Shown piece after piece: positions 56,045-64,000 of a stretch of 64,000 nucleotides of DNA. The translations under genes and the position numbers were made by a program. Source of the DNA: a virus. The stretch is taken from IMG/VR virus record IMGVR_UViG_3300021399_000004, positions 1-64,000 of that record. One strand, written 5' to 3'. Every line of letters starts with the position of its first letter. Position 1 is the stretch's first letter. The notes beneath the pieces were generated by a model that ran no database searches, was not told the origin of the DNA, and saw only the letters and a list, made by a program, of their open reading frames with translations.

Positions 56045-56117
56045 TACCCGATGTGAGATTTGAACTCAACATTTCAGGCTTGAAAGGCCTGCGTGCTTAC
56101 CTTTACACAAATCGGGC
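56045..56117 (-). tRNA. tRNA-Glu(UUC)
   Basis: Anticodon stem CAGGC/GCCUG with loop CUUUCAA, acceptor GCCCGAU/AUCGGGU. The T arm has one bulged U. Confidence 0.8.
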
Positions 56118-56950
56118 ATATAGCGGTTTGATAACTCAGCCGCAACTGAGTAGGCTACACTGTGTGACGGATGCGGCTCGGCCTCTACGGATACCGTCGT
56201 AACGTTATCCTACCGCTTTACCAGTTTACCCCTTGTACTTTGGGCTGGCGAGGACATTCAAGCCTGATGTTTCCTCCCATTCCGTTTTTCACCTATAGAG
56301 TATCTGGCTACTCTATAAGAAGTCGCTACGCTTCTTGCCCCAATCACTCACTGACTGGCGTCATAGCCTTTTTAATGTCTAGACCATGTAACGACAACTA
56401 GCGATGAGAACCATTTATTCTCATTTTCTGGAACACTAGGTACTTTATTTTACTCCTCTTTTGTATAGCGCCGAGTAAGTTCGGTATAAGTACGCAACCC
56501 TTCACTTTGCGCTTTCTTGGCTGTTCTTCAAACTCCATTTAACCCATTCTTCTCATATGCTGAAATTAATCATATTAGCTACTTATGATCCGACTCAAAT
56601 CCTTCTTCAGCATAACAGCATTTGGGCACCATTACTCTGCCTGCCTACCAGAGTCGCAGCAGTTTGGCCCTGCTTGCCGACACCGCATATTTATATACCG
56701 CGAACGATGTGCGGTTTGGCATGTACCATTTAACTATTTATTAATCGCTCTGAAATACGTACCAAAGGAGCGATGGCTTTTCCCTATCCCTTAAGGCACG
56801 GCCGCGCTTTTAAATAATGCCGCCCTATATCTCTTCAGGTCTGGTCTTTGCCAATCCCCACTTCCCATTTCCGAAGTGTAGCGCACCATGTTAGTTTGGC
56901 TCAACACGGATAGCCGCAGCGTAGATTAATGTCCCTACTGTCTTGGACAA
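56118..56950 (-). ncRNA. large structured RNA 2 (~830 nt; GOLLD-like candidate by size and context only)
   Basis: Fills the whole interval between tRNA-Asp and tRNA-Glu in one promoter-driven unit (promoter 57096-57124). No ORF on the transcribed strand. GC-richer, with many hairpins, for example the 9-bp UAUAGAGUA/UACUCUAUA at 56294-56317. Confidence 0.55.
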
Positions 56951-57026
56951 TGGCGACTTCGGCGGGAATTGAACCCGCGATTTCCAGTGTGACAGACTGG
57001 CGCGATAACCACTACGCTACGAAGTC
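56951..57026 (-). tRNA. tRNA-Asp(GUC), CCA encoded
   Basis: Acceptor GACUUCG/CGAAGUC, anticodon stem CCAGU/ACUGG with loop CUGUCAC, T arm GCGGG-UUCAAUU-CCCGC, then GCCA. Confidence 0.9.
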
Positions 57027-57095
57027 ATAAAGGCGGTTTAAACTATTTTTAGTCTCATTACCGCCAAGTTTAAGGACTCTCAACCTTACATATAT

Positions 57096-57124
57096 ATTAT
57101 ACTAAATTTTTTAATTAATGTCAA
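57096..57124 (-). promoter_or_regulatory. promoter TTGACA-N17-TATAAT driving tRNA-Asp, large RNA 2 and tRNA-Glu
   Basis: attata at 57096-57101, tgtcaa at 57119-57124. The leader contains a GGCGGU...ACCGCC hairpin. Confidence 0.7.
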
Positions 57125-57277
57125 TTAATCATCATAACACTCGGTTTCAATACCAAGTTCCTCACAGAAGTCAGATTCAATTTCATACCAAGTCTCATGC
57201 ATGGCATAGTCATACGCATAATTAGTGTATTCTTCAGAATGGGCCTCACATACGAAATCATCCAGATAGTTAATCAT
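57125..57277 (-). CDS. small acidic hypothetical protein
   Basis: 50-aa ORF with a GAAGGAGG SD behind consensus promoter 57304-57332. Confidence 0.35.
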   Translation of the reverse strand: MINYLDDFVCEAHSEEYTNYAYDYAMHETWYEIESDFCEELGIETECYDD

Positions 57278-57303
57278 ACTACCTTACCTCCTTCTGTATC
57301 TAT

Positions 57304-57332
57304 ATTATACTTAAATTTTTAATAAAAGTCAA
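57304..57332 (-). promoter_or_regulatory. promoter TTGACT-N17-TATAAT
   Basis: attata at 57304-57309, agtcaa at 57327-57332. Confidence 0.7.
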
Positions 57333-57434
57333 GAAAAAATCATCTAAATTTTTACTCTTTGAACTTTCTCTTTAAAAATAGGTTGTGAGGCTATCGTTAA
57401 ATTCAAGTAAAAATTTCAAAATTTAGATGAAATT

Positions 57435-57463
57435 GTTACCTTTATTCGCGTAATAAAGGTAAC
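57435..57463 (-). terminator. terminator-like 12-bp hairpin ending the RNA downstream of tRNA-Met
   Basis: GUUACCUUUAUU-5 nt-AAUAAAGGUAAC followed by AAUUUCAUCUAAAUUUU. Confidence 0.5.
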
Positions 57464-57783
57464 GGCTAAGAATTTAACATAGTCTTAGCAAACTACGTGT
57501 TTATATCGAAAACAAACCGAGCAGTTATCGTACTGGGTTCTCAACGGCCACGAGTTCGTCGGGTTGGTTCCACCCCGCCGACATACATTTACGAAGATGC
57601 AGGATTACGGCATGATGTTGCTCCGGAACAAACTTATATGGTCATGCGCTCATAGCTACTTATATAAGGAAAAGTAGCCTAAACCGCTATCTTTTCTCCG
57701 CGGTAAGTTAAGATAGCAAAACTTTCCGTAACGACTGTTGCGCACTTAAGTTTCTCCATTATAGATGGAGGCTTCTCGCGCAG
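57464..57783 (-). ncRNA. ~320-nt structured RNA downstream of initiator-like tRNA-Met (unknown)
   Basis: No ORF and GC-richer. Bounded by the tRNA at its 5' side and a 12-bp terminator hairpin at its 3' side. Internal helices include GUCGG...CCGAC. Confidence 0.4.
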
Positions 57784-57855
57784 TTGCGGGAAGAAGAATC
57801 GAACTTCTATCTCCGGGATATGAACCCAGTCATTTTACCTTTACACTATCCCGCG
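57784..57855 (-). tRNA. initiator-like tRNA-Met(CAU)
   Basis: 5' CGCGGGA with a C1xA72 mismatch, anticodon stem ending in GGG/CCC, loop UUCAUAU, 3' end CCCGCAA as in bacterial tRNA-fMet. The D stem is weak. Confidence 0.7.
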
Positions 57856-57897
57856 ATATTGGGTTGATTACGGCTCAACCCATAAGCCGCAATCACC

Positions 57898-58245
57898 TTA
57901 TAGTAGATTTAGTAACTTCGGAAAATCAAAAATATCGAAAAGACTAGGGACTTCCTTAATATCATTGGTAGAAAAATGATAGGTCTTATACTTGGAAATA
58001 AAATCTTCCAATTCCTTCCGATACGCATTTTGTGCTTCAACCATTGCCTTGCGCGCGGCATCAACACGCTCTGCGGCGGCCTTGCGCTCGGAAGCGGCCT
58101 TTTCCTTCTCTGCCTTGACGCGGGCCTCTTCTCTTTCCTTCAATACCTTTTGACGATTAGCCTCTTCCTGTGCCTTAAATTCGGCTTCGAGACATTCCTT
58201 TTCAGTATTGTATACCTTATTAAGTTTTTCGCTGTAGTATTTCAT
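57898..58245 (-). CDS. hypothetical coiled-coil protein
   Basis: 115-aa track ORF, Lys/Glu/Ala-rich. It is the first gene of the minus-strand block behind promoter 58323-58351. Confidence 0.5.
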   Translation of the reverse strand: MKYYSEKLNKVYNTEKECLEAEFKAQEEANRQKVLKEREEARVKAEKEKAASERKAAAERVDAARKAMVEAQNAYRKELEDFISKYKTYHFSTNDIKEVPSLFDIFDFPKLLNLL

Positions 58246-58322
58246 ATTAATCTACTCCTTCGCAGTTCCTTACCTGCTTTCTTTATTTCAAGGGAGGTTC
58301 CTTACCCTCTCTTGATAAATAT

Positions 58323-58351
58323 ATTATAGCATAGTAATTTAAAAAAGTCAA
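58323..58351 (-). promoter_or_regulatory. promoter TTGACT-N17-TATAAT, first of the minus-strand block
   Basis: attata at 58323-58328, agtcaa at 58346-58351. Lies in the divergent intergenic region. Confidence 0.7.
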
Positions 58352-58513
58352 ATGTTTAAGGGAAAGAATTTTACAATGAATGGAAGAGATTTTTATATAT
58401 ATTTATTTTGTATCTAAATACCTATTTATTAGGATTATACGTTGAGGTAAAAGGCGTATTTATCCTACTTTCTAGAAAGATGGATTTATTTTTGAGAAAA
58501 AGGAGGTAATGAT

Positions 58514-61500
58514 ATGGCTGATAATCAATTTGAAACTAGGAATTCCAGATGGAAGGAAAATGATGTTATCAACGAAGAGGACCTTAACCGAATTGAAGAT
58601 AATTTGGATTATTTGAAAGAAAAGATTGATACATTTAATAATGTCGGCGCCGGGAGTCTTAGTGAGATACTTAATAGTAAAGCTGATGTTAGCGATCTGT
58701 AGACTTTATAGGGTAGCGTTAATACTCTAAGTTCACAATTAAGCGGAAAAGCTAATGTTAGTGATTTAAATGGTAAAGCAAGTTAGTCAGCTGTTGATAA
58801 TCTTACTACTTTGATTAATAGTAAGGCTAATGCTTCTGATGTTAGCTCACTCAATAGTTAGGTTGGCGGACTTGCCACTACTGTTGCAAGTCATGCTAGT
58901 GCAGTAAGTGAAGTGAATAGTGCGCATAGGAATGGAGTAACTAATGATACATTAAGTCAGCGTTTTAGCGCGATTGAAAGTGACATTACAGCGATTGAAA
59001 ATACCATTGGTAGCTCGTCTAGCGGCTCATTAGCCAATCGAGTAACCGCCGTTGAAGGTGCTATTGGTAATGGATATGATAGTGAACATACAGTAGCTGC
59101 CGCAATTTCTGGCATTAATAGTGCTTTGAGTAATAAAGCGGATACCAGTGCTGTTAATGAGGCGTTAGCTGGTAAAGCTTCTAGTAGTGATGTAGAGACT
59201 CTTGATACTCGTTTAGACGCGATTGATGGAGGTAGTGCTTTAACTGGTAGCACTTTGGTTGCGAGGGTTGGCGCGGTTGAATCTAGTCTTACTGGCGCCG
59301 GTGGTATTGATGCACGACTTGATGCTATTGATGGTGGAAGCGCATTAGATACAACAAATGGTACTTTGGCCGCGAGAGTTACGACTGTTGAAGGTATTGC
59401 GAGCACTGCGTTATAGGCTTCTGATATTGCAACATTAAATAGCGATGTAGCGGCATTAAAAAATAAGGATACGATTGTAATGACAGTTGCTGCGTTTGAG
59501 GCTCTTGATGCAACTAGCACAAACACAAATAAAGATGCCGATTATATTGTGGGTCCATATACTGAGGAAGATGACGCTTATAAATATTATCGTATAATCG
59601 GAACAACAAAAACATTAATTAGCGGTGGTGGTAGTGGCACCAATAACGCTGAAATCGTAACTTCTTGGCCGCCATCTGATCCGGATGAAGATACAGATTA
59701 TTATCGTTTTGACTCAGCCTTAAGCTCATATCGCCATTATCGTTATATTAATGGCAATCTTTATCTTATAGGTGGCGATTTATATACAAAAGCAGAAGTA
59801 GATAATAAAATTGCTACAGCACAAGCAGCCCTTGAAGGTGAAAATAAACGCTATTATGCTACTTACAAGACAGAAACTATTGAAATAAATGGTGAAACTC
59901 AATAGCAAGAAAATATGTTTACTTTATATGAAGTTAATGCTGATGATACTGAACATACTAACCCACAAATAGTTAGTCGTTTTTAGATTCAAGGTGGTGG
60001 TGGCAGTAGTATCCCGGCATCTAATCTTACTATTACTCCAATTACTACTTCTCCAGTAGTGGCCTTAGCTTCAGATAAATTATTAATTACTATTCGTTAT
60101 TCATCCACTGATGAAAGTACCGGTTCTGAATATGACGGTACATATACGTGGCGCATTGGCGGGCAAGTTGTAGAATCTAATACGATTTACAATGGTGAAC
60201 GCACCTTTGATTTGACTCAATATTGCTCTATTGGTCAAGCTAGAAATGCTGTATTGTCCATTACTGACGTTACTGGTACAGTTGTAACTCGGGCTTGGAC
60301 TGTCCAACGTATTAATGTAACTATGACTTCAGATTTCAATGATTCATATATTTACGATACTGGTACTAGTGTACAATTTAGATACAATGTTCAGGGACAA
60401 GTAAGTAAAGAAGTCCATTTTATATTTGACGGTACAGAACTTAGTACTACAACAATAACTGACGCCGGTGATAAAATTTATACATTACCAGCGCAAACAA
60501 CTTCTGGAGCGTATTTATTAGAAACTTATTTGATAGCTACTGTTGGAAATAAAACTTTAACAGTACCAGAAAAGCATATATTTAAAGATATTTTATATAA
60601 ATCTTCTACATCAACGGCTCCAATTATTGGCTGCGCTTATCGTGGAGTTACACAAGAAGTTAAACAATTTACTGTTTTGAATATACCATATACAGTATAT
60701 GATCCATTAAATAAATATCCTACTATTACATTAAAAGTAGGTAATACAGTAGTTTCTGAATTCGTCGCTGGTGAAACTATTACTCCTTGGGCCTATCGAG
60801 CGGCAGAATTAGGAGAACAGACATTGACTATTTCTTGCCGCAATACTAGCGTTACAATTAAAGTAAAGGTGACTGAACTTCCAGAAGGCATTCGCCCTAT
60901 TACAGATAACTTAGTTTTTGATTTTAATCCCGCTGGTAAGTCGAATTAGAATTCAGTTGATAAAAATTGGGCGCAAAATAATATTACATTGACTACTTCA
61001 AATACATTCGACTGGAATAATGGTGGATATTAGATTGACGCTGATGGTAATTCTTATTTCTGCGTTAAGGCTGGCGACACAGCTACAATCAATTATAACT
61101 TGTTTGGCCGCGATGATATTAAAGCTCAAGGTGCAAACTTTAAATGTATATTTAAAGTAACAAATGTACGCGATGTAAATTCGACTTTCTTATCTTGCTT
61201 AGCTACTAATAATAGCACACAAATCGGTCTAGAAATGAAAGCCCATGAAACTAACATATATACTTCCGGTGGCACCTTAACACAGCCTTATAGTGAAGAT
61301 GATATTATTGAATTTGAATATAATATTAATGCCCTTACTGGTGGAACATCATATATTATGGTATACGAAGATGGCGTAGGCGCTCGTCCATTGATTTATG
61401 ATGATACTTATATTTTACATTAGAATGGGGAAAATGTTTCTCCAATTACTATTGGTTCTAAAGATTGTGATATTCATATTTATCGTATGAAGGCTTATGC

Positions 61501-64000
61501 AGCAGGATTAACAGATCGTAATATTTTACAAAATTTCTATGCTGATGCTTTAACTCCTGAAGAAATGATAAAGCGTTATGATCGCAATCAAATTTATGAT
61601 GCTAATGGTAATCTTGACCCAGAAGTACTTGCTGAAGCTTGCCCAGATTTAAAAGTGCTTCTAATATCAGCACCATATTTTACTAATGATAAATCTAATT
61701 ATGTTAAAAATACTACAATTCGTTGTATTCACACTGGAGGTCGTTTAAGAGATAACTGGACTATCCGCAATGCTTATCACGTAGGACAAGGAACTAGTTC
61801 TAACCGCTATGGAGCAGCCGGCCGTAATATTGATTTAATTTTCGGTTTTGATGGGATTAATTCTCCAGTTAGCAAAATTAAGACGGCTGATGTATAGGAT
61901 TATGTATCTACCGTCGAGTTTATTGATGGCACAACTCTAACTGGAGCTAATGCAAAAATTAATTTAAGTGAAACTTCAGTAGAAAATAACTGGTTTAATG
62001 TCAAAGTAAATATAGCTTCTTCTGAGAATGCTAATAATGCTTTACTGCAAAAGCGTTATAATAGATATTTACCATACTAGACTCCGGCTTAGAAGCGCGA
62101 TCCTCGTATTAAAAATACAATGGAATTTTTCAACTGCGTTATCTTTGTGTAGGAGACAGATACAACTTAGGACGCCAATGGAGTGTATACAGCGCACCGT
62201 GAGTTCCCAAATGATACTAATTATCATTTCTATGGTATTGGTAATATCGGTGACTCTAAAAAGACTGATAATACTCGTGTTAATGATCCGACAGATTTAA
62301 AAGAATTTGTGGTTGAGATCTCTGACAACAACTTACCTAATGCAATGTTCCAGACTGGTGTTTATTGGACGGATGATAAGCATACTGCTACAACTTATAC
62401 TCCACCTATAACTAATGAAATGTAGATGATGAAGTATCCTATTACAACCGCTGAGTGGGAGAATGAAAATAACTTAGCTAGAAAGAGCCTAAGTTTAGAA
62501 GGATACGTTAGTGGCACCAAAGAAGATGATGATGGTAATATCGTGGATGTTATTACTAATTGGGATTCTTCATTCGAGTTTAGATATGATATGGGCACTA
62601 AAGATGGTGAAAGCATAGATAGCGCGACTATTAAGGCACAACAAAAGGAATCTAAATTAAAGTGGAATGAGATGTATAAATGGTTTATTACTTGCCCAGA
62701 TGAAAATTTCGCTAATGAGCTAAGTAACTGGTTTATTGTTGATTCTCCATTATACTGGTATGTATTTACTGAACGTTATACTATGATTGATAACCGCGCG
62801 AAAAACTCATTCTGGCATTATGGTAAAACTTATATTACAGAAGCAGAAGCTGAAGAAATGGGCGATGATGCGGTTAATTACACTATTGATAATGCGGCCG
62901 CCGCGATCAATGATGGCTATCGTTTCGATTTATGGGACTATGATAATGATACCGCTTTGGGCATTGATAATTCTGGTATTTTAAATATTACATATGGTAA
63001 AGAAGATATTGATCTAATTGAAGGCTCTGAAGCGACACTATTTAATGCTGGACGGAGTGTCTTCTGGCGTCGTATTCGCAACCTAATGAATACTCAATTA
63101 ACTAATATGTATTCATCTCGTATTGTTCCGGAGGCTTGGAGTGCCGCATCATTAATACAAGAATTTGATACTTGGCAAGAGCAGTTCCCAGAAGAACTGT
63201 GGCGTTTAGATATTGAAAGAAAATACTTACGTCCATACTTAACTGGCAGTTATGTACCGGCCACAAAAACATATGCCATTAATGATTCATTCTTGCGAGA
63301 TATGGCTAACGGTCGCAAACGTTATCAACGCCGTCAATTTGAGCGCGATATGGAAATTTATTTAGGAACCAAATATTTACAAGCAGCCGTATTAGAAGAT
63401 ACTATTGACATTCGTTTAGGTTAGGCTAGTACTAGCTCCGCGGCAGTTGTGCCACCAAATTATACTATTAAGATTACTCCATATTCTGATATGTATATTA
63501 GAGTAATGTTTGGTAACAGCACTCCAACATCTATTCGTGCGAAAGCTGGAATCATGTATACTATTCCTTCACAAGTTAATATTAATGATCCTAACACTTT
63601 ATAGATTGTTATTTATGGTGCTTCTCGTATTCAGGCATTAAATGATTTGTCTGCTTGTTATATTAGAGATAATAACTTCTCTAAAGCAGAAAAATTACGT
63701 ACTCTAGTAATTGGTAATCCAACTGAGGGATATTCTAATACTAATCTTACTGATCTTACTTTAGGTAAAAATAGATTACTTGAAACATTAGATATTCGTA
63801 ATTGCCCGAATTTAACAACTAGCTTAAATTTAAATAACTGCGTCAATCTATTAAAATTATACGCGCAAAACACTTCTATATTAGGTGTCGCTTTTGCTCC
63901 TAGTGGTAGACTTATCGAAGCTCATTTACCTGGCACTTTAAATACATTATCATTACGTAATTTATACAGTTTAACGACTTTAGATGTAGCAAATTATGAT
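58514..64000 (+). CDS. giant tail-fibre/host-recognition protein, 3'-partial (at least 1828 codons, 18 in-frame TAG in the window)
   Basis: AAGGAGG SD before the ATG at 58514. All eight plus-strand track ORFs from 58514 to 63424 share one frame, and every junction I read is TAG, never TAA or TGA. It has a fibre-like Ser/Ala/Asn-rich coiled N-terminus, a segment [14 protein letters not shown], and leucine-rich repeats at the window end. Confidence 0.7.

Noticed and set aside
57464-57783. RNase P RNA or tmRNA.
   Set aside because: Only short CR-I-like and CR-V-like strings are present, with no complementary P4 strands. There is no tag-peptide ORF with a terminal Ala-Ala stop and no 3' tRNA-like acceptor/T arm.
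46914-57947. Plus-strand ORFs listed in the track inside the RNA island (46914..47141, 48012..48266, 49859..50050, 49984..50250, 53443..53670, 56171..56401, 56585..56794, 57765..57947).
   Set aside because: Each overlaps one or more minus-strand tRNAs, the group I intron or the large structured RNAs. None has an SD or promoter, and their amino-acid composition is odd. They exist only because GC-richer RNA genes lack stop codons by chance.
2880-59526. Antisense ORFs nested in long genes (for example 2880..3140+, 3469..3759+, 7456..7656+, 9646..9909+, 16552..17064+, 21402..21692+, 45325..45888+, 58957..59526-).
   Set aside because: They lie entirely within well-supported CDSs on the opposite strand, have low-complexity or Ser/Leu-rich translations, and have no start signals.

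Overview
AT-rich, densely packed dsDNA phage or prophage segment. Positions 1-58250 are transcribed almost entirely on the minus strand. They carry nucleotide metabolism, replication, DNA-modification and lysis-like genes, plus an ~11-kb tRNA/structured-RNA island. A divergent plus-strand structural module starts at 58514 with a giant tail-fibre-like ORF that runs off the window. The six-frame ORF track is misleading: many genes are split only by TAG, always in frame. TAG is therefore read as a sense codon. Four conserved-motif alignments point to Gln. The only tRNA(CUA) found (51769-51853, with its own promoter) nevertheless looks class II (Ser-like). Large replication genes (dnaE, dnaB, nrdD, topoisomerase II, ligase) contain no TAG. 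Co-oriented neighbours contain up to about 14 TAGs each. The most unusual region is 46984-57855. It holds 18 tRNA or tRNA-like genes, mostly with U34 anticodons. These include a tRNA-Leu(UAA) split by a group I intron, and a tRNA whose anticodon loop carries a 68-nt tRNA-shaped insert. There are also two Leu-type tRNA-like genes without an anticodon arm and a twice-repeated ~145-nt RNA element. Two promoter-driven, ORF-free, GC-richer RNAs of ~610 and ~830 nt match ROOL and GOLLD in size and context only. Other notable features are about 20 near-identical TTGACT-N17-TATAAT promoters and a YhhQ/DpdA-like/NCS2-permease cassette that suggests 7-deazaguanine DNA modification. The 8-bp palindrome GCGGCCGC is also strikingly over-represented. 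All calls come from reading the sequence by eye; no searches or folding programs were run.
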